A stretch of 64,000 nt of DNA from a virus: the IMG/VR virus record IMGVR_UViG_3300043436_004382, positions 1 to 64,000 of that record; one strand, given 5' to 3'. This document shows, piece by piece, positions 1-9,063 of this stretch. Position numbers and translations under genes: made by a program. Under the pieces are notes generated by a model. It saw nothing but the letters and a program-made list of their open reading frames with translations, did no database searches and was not told where the DNA came from. Within the stretch, counting starts at the first letter, position 1. Every line of letters begins with the position of its first letter.

Positions 1-83
1 GTAGGCATTCCAAGTTCTCTGAGTCGGTTCTCTTCGTCTCTACTAAGATTTTCAAGTACGAATTGTTTAAATGTCTTTACCAT
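1..83 (-). CDS. Partial CDS (N-terminal 27 aa; remainder beyond the window start), a paralog of the 102..644 gene
   Basis: nt 1-77 are ~90% identical to nt 560-644. The minus-strand ATG at 83 gives MVKTFKQFVLENLSRDEENRLRELGMPT, matching the MIKSFKQFVLETLSNDEESRLRELGMPT start of the next gene. Confidence 0.5.
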   Translation of the reverse strand, partial: MVKTFKQFVLENLSRDEENRLRELGMP

Positions 84-101
84 AGTTTTGCGTTTTATGT
101 T

Positions 102-644
102 TTATTCAGATACGTCATCATCCTCTTCTTCATCATCCCGCCGATCGTACTTTGAGGCTAACGCATTGCTAACGATTTCTCTAGCTTTTTCAAAAAATCC
201 GACAGAATCTTCGTATCCGGTGATCTCATCCATTGCTAGCTCAATCTCTTCTGCAATCTCGTCAGTCTGCATTGAACTAGGATCTCCGTTTTGGAAAAAT
301 TCGCCCCAGTCAAGATCATCAAGATCAAATGATTCCTGAAGGCCTAGTTCCTTTTGACTTATGAATCCTTCCGCTTTGACCGTTGACATGTAGAAGTCTA
401 TTGAAACTGTAATCTCTGCCCAAAAATCTCTTTCAATGTCTGGGTATAGATCAGAATCTATCCCGAAATCTTCAATGTTCATGTTCCAACTTGATTCAAG
501 TTTGAGCACGTTATCGTCAACTGTGCCGCCAAAGCCTTTAGCCAATTGGTCAAGATCAATTGTAGGCATTCCAAGTTCTCTGAGTCGGCTCTCTTCGTCA
601 TTACTTAAGGTTTCAAGTACGAATTGTTTGAATGACTTTATCAT
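102..644 (-). CDS. Hypothetical acidic protein with an MIKSFKQFV N-terminus (the recurrent N-terminal motif family)
   Basis: 180-aa ORF with a poly-D/E C-terminus; the N-terminal motif is shared with many paralogs in this window. Confidence 0.6.
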   Translation of the reverse strand: MIKSFKQFVLETLSNDEESRLRELGMPTIDLDQLAKGFGGTVDDNVLKLESSWNMNIEDFGIDSDLYPDIERDFWAEITVSIDFYMSTVKAEGFISQKELGLQESFDLDDLDWGEFFQNGDPSSMQTDEIAEEIELAMDEITGYEDSVGFFEKAREIVSNALASKYDRRDDEEEDDDVSE

Positions 645-658
645 AGTTTACCTATTTT

Positions 659-1231
659 TTATCCAGGAAAGTGTGAGTACAACGTGTCAACCTTTTCTGT
701 ATATTCTGGTGCGATTGTCGTAAGCACGTCAGCCAGCAACGAGTACAGAGAAACAAGTTCAGAGTACTCTCGATATTCGCTAGTTGAATTATCGTTTCTA
801 AACAGTGCCATTACATCAATCAAGATTTCCTCAAGCAGCTCATAAATTTTTTCAGCGTCAACCTTTGCCGCGAATTCCTCATCGGATTCAACGTACTCAG
901 ATTCGGTCTTTAGATAATTATAGTAGTCTTGAGCAGAGTTCACTAGATTCTGCAGATCAGCTTGAGTATCTCTAACTTTGTGAGACTCGATCTCTTCCTT
1001 GTCGACCTTCTCTAACGAGAATAGAGGTACAGTTGCAATGTTCTCTTTTGAGTTGTGCAATTTTACCTTTGCGTATTCTCCCGTGATCGCAACCACTTCT
1101 CCCATCCCTCTGTATGATTTTACTGAATCGCCAACCTCAATGTTATTTGGATTAGAGTCCTCTTTTCTGTCAGGTTGATAAGATATTTCAAAGTCTTCTT
1201 CGAAGTTCTCGAAAAGTTTAATGTATTTCAT
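659..1231 (-). CDS. Hypothetical protein with a capsid-targeting-like N-terminus (MKYIKLFENFEED)
   Basis: 190-aa ORF; N-terminus belongs to the recurrent motif family. Confidence 0.6.
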   Translation of the reverse strand: MKYIKLFENFEEDFEISYQPDRKEDSNPNNIEVGDSVKSYRGMGEVVAITGEYAKVKLHNSKENIATVPLFSLEKVDKEEIESHKVRDTQADLQNLVNSAQDYYNYLKTESEYVESDEEFAAKVDAEKIYELLEEILIDVMALFRNDNSTSEYREYSELVSLYSLLADVLTTIAPEYTEKVDTLYSHFPG

Positions 1232-1628
1232 TATACTTGATGATTAATTCTCCCAATACTTCAATAATACCGACTATTCTCTGAAATTCCATCTGCTTTA
1301 GCTTGATGGCTTTAGTTGAACCGTCAATCGTCTTTAAGTGTTCGGCTAATTCTTTTTTTGCATCAGCTACATCAAATTTACCAGCAGCTGCCTTTTTATA
1401 GTAAGGAAATTTTACCTTAAAGTGTTGATAAGTAAGTAGAGCATCTCCGCCCTTTTCCTTTGCGTTCTGTGCGATCTTTGAAGCACCGGCAAGACGAGTC
1501 TTTGCAAATTCTTCCAAGGATTCATTTTTCTTTGCTTCATTGATGACGAACTCTCTGAAGCTGAATTCAGTCTTTATTTCTGAGTTTCCTCTAAGTTTTT
1601 GGTGTAAATCCCAATTAATTATTGACAT
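1218..1628 (-). CDS. Hypothetical protein
   Basis: 136-aa ORF in the same minus-strand gene array. Confidence 0.45.
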   Translation of the reverse strand: MSIINWDLHQKLRGNSEIKTEFSFREFVINEAKKNESLEEFAKTRLAGASKIAQNAKEKGGDALLTYQHFKVKFPYYKKAAAGKFDVADAKKELAEHLKTIDGSTKAIKLKQMEFQRIVGIIEVLGELIIKYNEIH

Positions 1629-1707
1629 TATATTAGATTTGCGTTTTTTACAGCAGTTTTTATCATATCCACAATAAACTCTAGTCTAGAGTCAATGCTT
1701 CATAGGG

Positions 1708-3444
1708 TTATTTATACTCTATTCGAATCCTTGACTTAAATTCTTGTGGAAATTGATCGCCTGCTGACTTCATGAGATCCGCAAAACAGCCGTCCAAGAA
1801 ATAGGTGACAGCCCAGTCCTCTGGAGTACGAATAGAACGCCCGACTCCCTGTAACACAGCGATTGAGGTCTTCCAGTTGTACCATTTTTGGCTGTATTCC
1901 AATTTTGCAGCAACGTACTTGTCGCCAAGGTGAGGATATGGAACCTTTAGGAATATTTGGAATCTGCTGTGATCATCGACCATGTTCAGACCCTCTAGAA
2001 TGGAAGGTCCCATTAGGACCATGCCCTTCTTTTTAATCATTTTCTTTAGAGCAAGTTCCTTTTCGCCGGAACCTTTATATAGCAGAATGCGTTTCTTAAC
2101 ATCCTTGGGAAGGCCATTAAAAATCTTAGTATTCAATTCATAAGAACCGGAATGGATGATCCCAGAGTCCTCAGAGTGCTCACGAATGATTCTGGTTACC
2201 GTATCTATTGCCCATTGTAAGTTATCGTTCAAGAATCTGGCTGACATTTTCTTACCTGGGTAAAAAATAATCGGCGACCTCTCCCAATTGAAGTTACTTT
2301 CAATCTTGAAGTACTTTGCCTTCTTGATTCCGTGATTTCTCATGAAGTCTCCAGCACCTCCCATCGTTGCAGTCATCAGTAACTTAAACCCGAACTTTGT
2401 AAAGAAGTGCTTTTGTAGCAAGTAGTACTCATCAATGCAGTTAAATGTGATTGACTTCTCTCCAGGATTCTTTACGAGCTTTTCAAGACCTACCTTGTCA
2501 ATAATATCACAGTAATCTTCCAACTTACAGTGAACGTCCTTCACCCAATCCGCAAGGTTGAAAACCGCAAGCCATTCTAGTGGAATGTTCTCCTCTACGA
2601 ATTCTTCACCTGCATTTTCTCTAAGAGGAGCGGTTGATTGCACAAGCGTAGCTAGCAACTTAGTGACCTCTCTTAAAAGTTTAAGTAGAGTCGAGTGATC
2701 CTCGTGCTCGTAAATCAAGTTAATTGCTTTCTCCAGTCTCTTAAAATTAACAGCTGGTGCCTTTTTACCAATATCCTCAAGCCCTTCTGCAAGCTTTTGA
2801 GCCTTGCTCACGATTTCGGTTGAAACGATTGGGCTAAAATGACTCTGTACAATGTCTAGAAGCTTGTGAGCCTCATCACATACGACAAAATCTCTTTGCG
2901 GAAAAGGAGAGCCTCTGCCCGTACCTTGCTGCTGTTGTTCAACATAATTTCTTTGAATTAGAGCATAGGGATAAGTAAGTAGAGCGATCGGAGATTTAAT
3001 AGCCTTTTTGCGTGAGGTTAAGTAGCCACAGTGCTTAAAACAAGGCAAAGATTCTGCAGCTTCATAGGTTGTGCCCTTGTTCTTACACTCACCGACTGAG
3101 AATTTCTCGCCATTCACCGCACACGTGTAATTATCGACGCCCTTGATGTTGCCCCAATTCCAGAGCTGCATTTTACGAAAGTCCTTTACGTACTGCTCGT
3201 GCAAAGAAAGATCAGACGCTAAGATGTAGCCTCGATTACCCTTGAATGCCAAAAAATCCGCGAACAACATTGCAATAACTGACTTACCAGAACCAGTTGG
3301 AGCATCAAGTAGATAGATTCCGTTTGGATCCTCCTCATAGGCTTCTATAATATCAATGATTGCCTCTTGCTGTTGCGGTCTGAACTCCAATCCTGGGTGC
3401 TTGCCCTTTACGAACTGTTCAAACTCTGCTTTTAGTTTACCCAT
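1708..3444 (-). CDS. DEAH-box superfamily-2 helicase, DinG/Rad3-like
   Basis: Walker A APTGSGKS, DEAH box VCDEAH, and C-terminal motif VI QGVGRSIRTPEDWAVTYFLD (DinG-like). Confidence 0.75.
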   Translation of the reverse strand: MGKLKAEFEQFVKGKHPGLEFRPQQQEAIIDIIEAYEEDPNGIYLLDAPTGSGKSVIAMLFADFLAFKGNRGYILASDLSLHEQYVKDFRKMQLWNWGNIKGVDNYTCAVNGEKFSVGECKNKGTTYEAAESLPCFKHCGYLTSRKKAIKSPIALLTYPYALIQRNYVEQQQQGTGRGSPFPQRDFVVCDEAHKLLDIVQSHFSPIVSTEIVSKAQKLAEGLEDIGKKAPAVNFKRLEKAINLIYEHEDHSTLLKLLREVTKLLATLVQSTAPLRENAGEEFVEENIPLEWLAVFNLADWVKDVHCKLEDYCDIIDKVGLEKLVKNPGEKSITFNCIDEYYLLQKHFFTKFGFKLLMTATMGGAGDFMRNHGIKKAKYFKIESNFNWERSPIIFYPGKKMSARFLNDNLQWAIDTVTRIIREHSEDSGIIHSGSYELNTKIFNGLPKDVKKRILLYKGSGEKELALKKMIKKKGMVLMGPSILEGLNMVDDHSRFQIFLKVPYPHLGDKYVAAKLEYSQKWYNWKTSIAVLQGVGRSIRTPEDWAVTYFLDGCFADLMKSAGDQFPQEFKSRIRIEYK

Positions 3445-3808
3445 TTTTCAATTCTACCGCTTTTATTAATAAACTTGCCGTTGCGTAGTTGGTTGCAATC
3501 GGAATATTGTGCACGTTACACAAGCGCAACAGCATTTGCACATCGACCTCATGTGGATGTGATGAGAGTGGATCAATGAAGAAGATCACTCCATCTACCT
3601 TGCCTTCCACTAGCTCGGCTGCAATTTGTGCATCTCCGCCCTGAGGACCTGAGAATTTTCTCTGTACGCTAAGGCCTGCATGCTCAATGTGAGCGCCTGT
3701 TGTACCAGTAGCGACCAACTGGTGCTGTTTAAAAAAGTCAAGGCGTTTCATGATGAATGCCACCATGTCCGCCTTTTTATTATCGTGTGATATTACTGCT
3801 ATTCTCAT
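3437..3808 (-). CDS. mgsA: Methylglyoxal synthase
   Basis: 123 aa. Aligns along its full length to E. coli MgsA: VISHDNKK, ATGTTG, SGPQGGDAQIAAELVEGKVDGVIFFIDPL, HEVDVQMLLRLCNVHNIPIATN. Confidence 0.8.
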   Translation of the reverse strand: MRIAVISHDNKKADMVAFIMKRLDFFKQHQLVATGTTGAHIEHAGLSVQRKFSGPQGGDAQIAAELVEGKVDGVIFFIDPLSSHPHEVDVQMLLRLCNVHNIPIATNYATASLLIKAVELKNG

Positions 3809-4035
3809 TTTGTTTCTACCTTTCCGTATGTTTCAATCCAGACCTTGGCTCCACATGATAGCGGAGCGTCTGGTGAATATTTTATTTTTGCTGCCGGCAA
3901 ACCATCCTGCCCGTAAATGATTGCCTCATTTGCGTACTCATTCGTCTTATAGGTTTTACAAGTCAAGACCGGTCGGTTTTCGCCCTTGTTATTGGCCTTG
4001 ATATTGTGTTGATTTACGTGAATTATTGTCTTCAT
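3805..4035 (-). CDS. Hypothetical protein (TGA stop)
   Basis: 76-aa ORF. Confidence 0.35.
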   Translation of the reverse strand: MKTIIHVNQHNIKANNKGENRPVLTCKTYKTNEYANEAIIYGQDGLPAAKIKYSPDAPLSCGAKVWIETYGKVETK

Positions 4036-4037
4036 AG

Positions 4038-4358
4038 TTAAAAAGTTTCTTTATCCCAGCCGTCCTCACTGTGCATGTACTCGCAGCACGGATATTCTCG
4101 GCCAAGATCATCAATATAACACCAAACCTTTCCAGCCTCAATCCATTTCCAGTCCTTGCCTTCTTCGCCGTCCGGTAATTCAGGAGTGTCTAATGGAGGA
4201 TGATATGCATTCACATCAACTGAATAATGATTGCAACTGCATCCTCTATGTACACAGTCATCGCACGAACTTGGATTTCCACCGTCTGCGTATCCTGGCC
4301 CATAGCACCAGGTCGCAATCTTTCCGCAATCGCAGAGTTCTTTACCAGCTATCGACAT
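4038..4358 (-). CDS. Cys-rich hypothetical protein (possible zinc-binding)
   Basis: 106 aa with 11 Cys, including CDC and CSC pairs. Confidence 0.45.
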   Translation of the reverse strand: MSIAGKELCDCGKIATWCYGPGYADGGNPSSCDDCVHRGCSCNHYSVDVNAYHPPLDTPELPDGEEGKDWKWIEAGKVWCYIDDLGREYPCCEYMHSEDGWDKETF

Positions 4359-4489
4359 CAGTTAAGTCTATTTTTACCCTTGCGGTATGTGAGTATACTT
4401 CAATACCTTCTCCGATTCCATTTGGTGTAATCGACCAGGTTAGGAGTCCAATCTCTCCGTACAGGGACTTGATATGTGAGCACCACTTA

Positions 4490-5227
4490 TCAAACCGTTT
4501 CTGCTGTTTTTCGTTTAGCTCTACTGTTATTACTTTTCGATTTGACATTGTATTTCTTAAATGTTTTACTGAACCTCTTTTCCCAAGTTTTGATACCTCG
4601 TATTCCCTTCATTTCGTCCGCTGCTCCTGTTGATAAGTAGGCTTGAATCTCGTCAGCTACAACCTTTTCAGGATACCCGATCTGCAGAATAACGCTGGCT
4701 AGAGAATCGTGCAGATTTATCGGTAATGCAGAGATATTCTCAAGCATTTCCTTTTTATAATCAGAGTTCGTGAAGAACAAAGCATGTGCCATTTCGTGAT
4801 CCATTACCCATGAGTCTAATGCGTCTACTCCGAGTAGATAGAAGTTACCTCTCTTTTGGTGTTGACGAATTCGCCACAAAATATTCATCATGTGTTCGTC
4901 ATACGGAGTTATCATATCAGTCTCATAGTCTAATTGATTATAACAACCCTCAACTTCGGAGCTTGGAACATTATAACCGCACCAATCAAAAGTATACGAG
5001 AAGTAATCCTTATTCATGCGTTTTCGGTAATGGTTCATGTAGGCAAAGATATTGAAGTTGCGGCCTCTAAACTCAGAAAAGGCAGACTCGTAGTACTCTT
5101 GTGCTCGCAAGAAGAGCATTGCTCTATCGTAATCATCGGCCACTTGCACCGCGTAAATTTTTGGTGCAACCTCGTACAGTGAGTACGTTACGATTGATAA
5201 ATCTTCTGTGTGAGATATTAATTTCAT
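4490..5227 (-). CDS. Hypothetical protein with an HExxH motif (possible zinc metallopeptidase)
   Basis: VMDHEMAHALFF motif in a 245-aa ORF. Confidence 0.45.
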   Translation of the reverse strand: MKLISHTEDLSIVTYSLYEVAPKIYAVQVADDYDRAMLFLRAQEYYESAFSEFRGRNFNIFAYMNHYRKRMNKDYFSYTFDWCGYNVPSSEVEGCYNQLDYETDMITPYDEHMMNILWRIRQHQKRGNFYLLGVDALDSWVMDHEMAHALFFTNSDYKKEMLENISALPINLHDSLASVILQIGYPEKVVADEIQAYLSTGAADEMKGIRGIKTWEKRFSKTFKKYNVKSKSNNSRAKRKTAETV

Positions 5228-5280
5228 AATTATATTATACTCATTTTACAAATTAGTAGCGTTTCATTTTACATATTATC

Positions 5281-5307
5281 AAAAAAGGCAACCATTTGGC
5301 TGCCTCT
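5281..5307 (-). terminator. Rho-independent terminator (minus strand)
   Basis: GGCAACC-ATTT-GGCTGCC hairpin followed by a T-run on the minus strand. Confidence 0.4.
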
Positions 5308-5596
5308 CTATAATTTTCCAGTCAATACGTAGTAGATCGAGATCAGTGCAATAACAACTGCCGCTACGACTATTGTCCATGAAATGATCTTAGTTGTATC
5401 CTCGACCTGTTTACGAGTTCGACCTTGCCATTTATTTTTATCCCATCTATTTTCCATGAACTAGAATTTTTAACCTCCTAAAACGTCTTCTATTATGATT
5501 TCCATTTGATAAATTTAAAAAAGAAGAGGGAGGAATCCAACCCACCGTCACGGCCATTATGGCTTGCTCTCATTAGTGTCACTGAGCTACTCTTCT

Positions 5597-5681
5597 TGGT
5601 GCGGATGAAGGGACTCGAACCCCCACGTCGTGAAACACTAGATCCTAAGTCTAGCGCGGCTACCAATTACGCCACATCCGC
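5597..5681 (-). tRNA. tRNA-Leu (anticodon TAG), class II with long variable arm, CCA encoded
   Basis: Reverse complement gives GCGGATG-TG-GCGTAATTGGTAGCCGC..CTAGA-CTTAGGA-TCTAG..long variable arm..GGGGGTTCGAGTCCCTT-CATCCGC-ACCA. Confidence 0.75.
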
Positions 5682-5800
5682 ATTTTAAAGAACTTGTTTT
5701 TTTAATTTAACCTATTAGAATAATATCAACTACAATTTCTACAACACCAAGTGCTTTCATTCTATTCATTTGTTATTCTATATACGGTTATTATACCCAA

Positions 5801-6280
5801 TTAAACGGTGTGCGGTATCTGAACTCTCACACAAGTTTGAGGTTGGTGCTCATTCATCAAGAAATTATTGATGTAGCCCATAATATTGGCTGCTCCAATC
5901 GGATTCGCTGAGTGCACATAAACTTGTGGAAATCTAATCTGTAGGCCAATCTTTCTAAGTCTTGAGGTATCCAACGCTTCTGGGTACAAATCATAGAAAT
6001 AGTTAACCAACCATTTAGCACAATCGTATCCAGTTTTCTCCGTGATATTATTATAGTCAAGAGTGTAGTTAGGACTCACGTTATTGAAGTATTCTGACAT
6101 TGCTGAGTCACCCAGGTCGTGATCCAATGAGATCATGTGAATGTTATCTAATCCAAGTTCTTTCACCTTGTCAACGAACTCCTGATAGTTTCTAACCACT
6201 ATCCAATCTCCGCCGGCTGGATCAATTTTCGGTGTACGTACATCATCTAAGTAAATGCGAACTAATTTATTCTCCTCCAT
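5801..6280 (-). CDS. Hypothetical protein (IYLDDVR ... ISLDHDLGD motifs)
   Basis: 159-aa ORF immediately upstream of an RNA ligase; function not recognised. Confidence 0.45.
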   Translation of the reverse strand: MEENKLVRIYLDDVRTPKIDPAGGDWIVVRNYQEFVDKVKELGLDNIHMISLDHDLGDSAMSEYFNNVSPNYTLDYNNITEKTGYDCAKWLVNYFYDLYPEALDTSRLRKIGLQIRFPQVYVHSANPIGAANIMGYINNFLMNEHQPQTCVRVQIPHTV

Positions 6281-7343
6281 TTAGTAAAAATTTATTTGAA
6301 ATTGCTTTAAACGAAATTTTTCGATCGTGACTTCTGATAACAACTCCCTCTCTATCAAAATTTGGATTAAGTGTTGATTTTGCATCAGCGTAGTCAAGCA
6401 ATTGATCTATTGTATCAGGCAAAGTGAATTCGGTTTCAACGATTGGAACAATTGGTAAACCCAATCCCAAGATTAATTTAGTAAACTCTTCAAATCCCAA
6501 GTATTCTTGAGTATCAATATTGAATGCATTAAAGAAGTAAACCGCTTGGCCTCTTAATTTATACGGGTTCTTTTGAATTCCCTCACCCACTAATTCTCCT
6601 TGAATGCAGATATTGTAGCCAACTGACTCTAATTTAGTCTTAAGCTCCATTTCTCTAGCGACTTTCCAAAAAGTATTTTCATCGGTCTCAAGCAGTTCCA
6701 AATTACGGGAACAGGCTCCAAACTCTCCGTCCTTTAGGTAGAAAGTTGCGGACGATCCGTCCAATTTCTCAGTTACGTAAAAGGCCCGATCTTTCCAACT
6801 TTCGTAATGATCGGTTAAGTTCTGTACGCGCTCCTCATCAGTCTTGTGAATGAATGATGGGAACATGCCTTTAACCTTACCGGCTAATTCTGCTGGAATT
6901 GGCGGCTCATACTTAAGCACGCACATGTACTCTGTAACATCAGATCCTTCTTCGATAACTATTGCATTATCATAGGGTCCAAGCTGAAGTTGATCTCCCC
7001 AAGGCTGTTTACTGATTCCGATCTTCATTTCATCGCCCTTTTCCAAGACACTTAATGGTAAACACAGGCCTTGTGAAACTTGCCCCCTAAGTCTAATGGT
7101 TTTTAATCTGAATCCCTCTAAGTCTCCCATCTTTTTATATGAAGACTTTCTTAGGAATTCAAATTCTTTCTCCATTGGTAGAAACGAATCTATTTCAAAA
7201 TAAACGCAAAGGTCGCCCTCTGTGAATTCGCCTTTTTTTGCAACGACGTTCCAGCTATTGATCTGAACGATTTCAATTGCATCAGCCCCATCAATCGGTT
7301 TGATTGCACGGACTCTTTGAATGCTTGCTAATTTTCTTTCCAT
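6267..7343 (-). CDS. ATP-dependent RNA ligase with an N-terminal OB-fold-like RNA-binding domain (DRB0094/Rnl-type)
   Basis: Nucleotidyltransferase motif I VTEKLDGSS (KxDG). The N-terminus SIQRVRAIKPIDGADAIEIVQINSWNVVAKKGEF resembles a tRNA-binding OB fold. Confidence 0.7.
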   Translation of the reverse strand: MERKLASIQRVRAIKPIDGADAIEIVQINSWNVVAKKGEFTEGDLCVYFEIDSFLPMEKEFEFLRKSSYKKMGDLEGFRLKTIRLRGQVSQGLCLPLSVLEKGDEMKIGISKQPWGDQLQLGPYDNAIVIEEGSDVTEYMCVLKYEPPIPAELAGKVKGMFPSFIHKTDEERVQNLTDHYESWKDRAFYVTEKLDGSSATFYLKDGEFGACSRNLELLETDENTFWKVAREMELKTKLESVGYNICIQGELVGEGIQKNPYKLRGQAVYFFNAFNIDTQEYLGFEEFTKLILGLGLPIVPIVETEFTLPDTIDQLLDYADAKSTLNPNFDREGVVIRSHDRKISFKAISNKFLLNGGE

Positions 7344-7346
7344 TTT

Positions 7347-7649
7347 TTAATCTTTTATTTTTAAAATTAAGGTACCCCAACCGAGGCCAATCCAAAATTT
7401 GAACCAAATGACTTCTACACCAATCATTAAGTTAGGTGAGTGCGTATCCTTCCATAACCATTTAGGCAAACCTTTGGTTGAACCTACCGTTCGGTACGTT
7501 TTCCACCAAATTCCCAATCTTCTCTCAAGCGTCCACTTTCGTTTGTCCCACCAATTATGGTCAGTTTCCTCCTCCCATTGGTGTCTGAGCACTAGGTCGA
7601 TCTTAAGTTGACCCAGACTAGCGTGAAGGCCGTGATTACTCTTTCTCAT
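7347..7649 (-). CDS. Trp-rich hypothetical protein
   Basis: 100-aa ORF. Confidence 0.35.
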   Translation of the reverse strand: MRKSNHGLHASLGQLKIDLVLRHQWEEETDHNWWDKRKWTLERRLGIWWKTYRTVGSTKGLPKWLWKDTHSPNLMIGVEVIWFKFWIGLGWGTLILKIKD

Positions 7650-7869
7650 GGCTTGAGTTTTTGATTATTGTGTAGGTTCCGCATACTGTTACTACTTGTG
7701 GATCTCCACCGCAATTGCACTCGTTCTTAAATACGATACAGCCGTTCGCGTCCTTTGTATAGGAATCTGTCGCGTATTGGCCGCCTTCGCCGCTAATCGT
7801 GTACTTTGCCTGTTTTCCGCAGCTTGTGATAACTAAACTGATGAATATAAGTAAAACTAAATTTTTCAT
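7636..7869 (-). CDS. Small putative lipoprotein
   Basis: Signal peptide MKNLVLLIFISLVITSC with a lipobox-like ITSC. Confidence 0.5.
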   Translation of the reverse strand: MKNLVLLIFISLVITSCGKQAKYTISGEGGQYATDSYTKDANGCIVFKNECNCGGDPQVVTVCGTYTIIKNSSHEKE

Positions 7870-7870
7870 A

Positions 7871-8488
7871 TTATTTTAATTGTTTACGATAAAAAATTAC
7901 ATCATAGTGAGGAGCAACAAAATTAGCCCACTCAGCTGAAGATACTTCGTATGAATATCCTAACTTACTCAATTTTTCTATGATTTCTTTAGTTTTAGGT
8001 ATCAAATCTTCATTTAAGAAATCATGGAATTCTACAGTAATTTGATTTATTTTTGAGTAGGTTTCGTCTTGGATGTTGTTCAATAACTCATATTCTGAAC
8101 CTTCAATATCAATTTTTAATAAATCAATTTCAGTAATGTCGTTTTCTTTAATTATTTCGTCTAACGTTATTGTCAACACTTCATGTTTGACTCCATCGAA
8201 ATAATTAAAAATAGTTGAGCCATTATATGGCGAATTACTATCTTCGTAAAATTCAACAAGTTGATTTTGATTGTTTGAAATGACTCTATTATAGAGAACG
8301 TAATTATCTTTTTTGGGAATTTCGGAAAAATTTTTGAAGGAAGCTTCAACGAGTATAGCTTTCTTTAATTTATATACGTCTTCCATTTTCGTTGTAAACT
8401 CTCCTTTGCATGCTCCAAGATCTATAATTACAAGGTTTTCATTAAAGTACTCATCGAAAAAGGTATGTTCTTGAATATTGTTTTTCAT
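7871..8488 (-). CDS. FkbM-family SAM-dependent methyltransferase
   Basis: VIIDLGACKGEFT resembles the FkbM DIGANIGEF signature. Confidence 0.6.
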   Translation of the reverse strand: MKNNIQEHTFFDEYFNENLVIIDLGACKGEFTTKMEDVYKLKKAILVEASFKNFSEIPKKDNYVLYNRVISNNQNQLVEFYEDSNSPYNGSTIFNYFDGVKHEVLTITLDEIIKENDITEIDLLKIDIEGSEYELLNNIQDETYSKINQITVEFHDFLNEDLIPKTKEIIEKLSKLGYSYEVSSAEWANFVAPHYDVIFYRKQLK

Positions 8489-8489
8489 A

Positions 8490-9062
8490 TTAATCGTTAA
8501 ATAAGTTTACTAAGTAGCTAAACATTTCAAAATAGGGATGAGTGTTCGTATCATCGTATCCTAATTTTACCATGAAGTTATCATTCTCTTTCCGGTACAT
8601 CTCAAACATTCGACTGCCCGTCATCTTTGAGTACTGCACATTAGCGATACGATCGCATAACTTAACGAACACCGCGCCGGGAGTATTTCTGATTCCTTCA
8701 TAGTACTTGTCATTCGCGCGCTCATTACGGTTTTTACCTTTCTCATTAGTAACCGCATAGACGATATCAGCAGCCTCTTGACCAAGTATGGACTTTACGT
8801 CATTGTACGAAACTCGACAATCCTCTATTAAATCATGACCCCATGCTGCTCGCAAGCAGGCGGTTCTTAGTGTGACTGTCCTATCATTTCCACGATCGAT
8901 CTCACGAACTCCTGTGAAGTAGTCAACCTTATCGTCTAACAGGTGCCTGTACTTATCCGCAACATGAGCTACCATTCGTAAATGAAACTCGTAAGGTAGG
9001 TACGTATCGTACATGTGATTTGTTTCTGTGTGCTGATTAATGCACCATTGTGATGTGTTCAT
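8490..9062 (-). CDS. HD-domain (p)ppGpp hydrolase (small alarmone hydrolase, RelA/SpoT hydrolase family)
   Basis: HLRMVAHVA ... AAWGHDLIED (equivalent to AALLHDxxED) and KLCDRIANV (equivalent to DRLHNMRT). Confidence 0.65.
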   Translation of the reverse strand: MNTSQWCINQHTETNHMYDTYLPYEFHLRMVAHVADKYRHLLDDKVDYFTGVREIDRGNDRTVTLRTACLRAAWGHDLIEDCRVSYNDVKSILGQEAADIVYAVTNEKGKNRNERANDKYYEGIRNTPGAVFVKLCDRIANVQYSKMTGSRMFEMYRKENDNFMVKLGYDDTNTHPYFEMFSYLVNLFND

Positions 9063-9063
9063 A

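Noticed and set aside
88-339. Plus-strand 83-aa ORF with a poly-Ser stretch
   Set aside because: Lies antisense inside the well-supported minus-strand gene 102..644; the low-complexity reading of a D/E-rich gene's reverse strand is typical of a spurious ORF.
4193-5182. Several plus-strand ORFs (4193..4633, 4227..4430, 4786..5055, 4934..5182)
   Set aside because: All are antisense to minus-strand genes 4038..4358 and 4490..5227 and have no motifs.
5521-5596. Possible second tRNA just upstream of tRNA-Leu (acceptor-like AAGAAGA/TCTTCTT ends)
   Set aside because: No T-arm or properly sized D-arm can be formed. It overlaps the 3' end of tRNA-Leu by one base, so it is treated as spacer or a degenerate copy.
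5506-5688. Plus-strand 60-aa ORF
   Set aside because: It is the antisense of tRNA-Leu(TAG).
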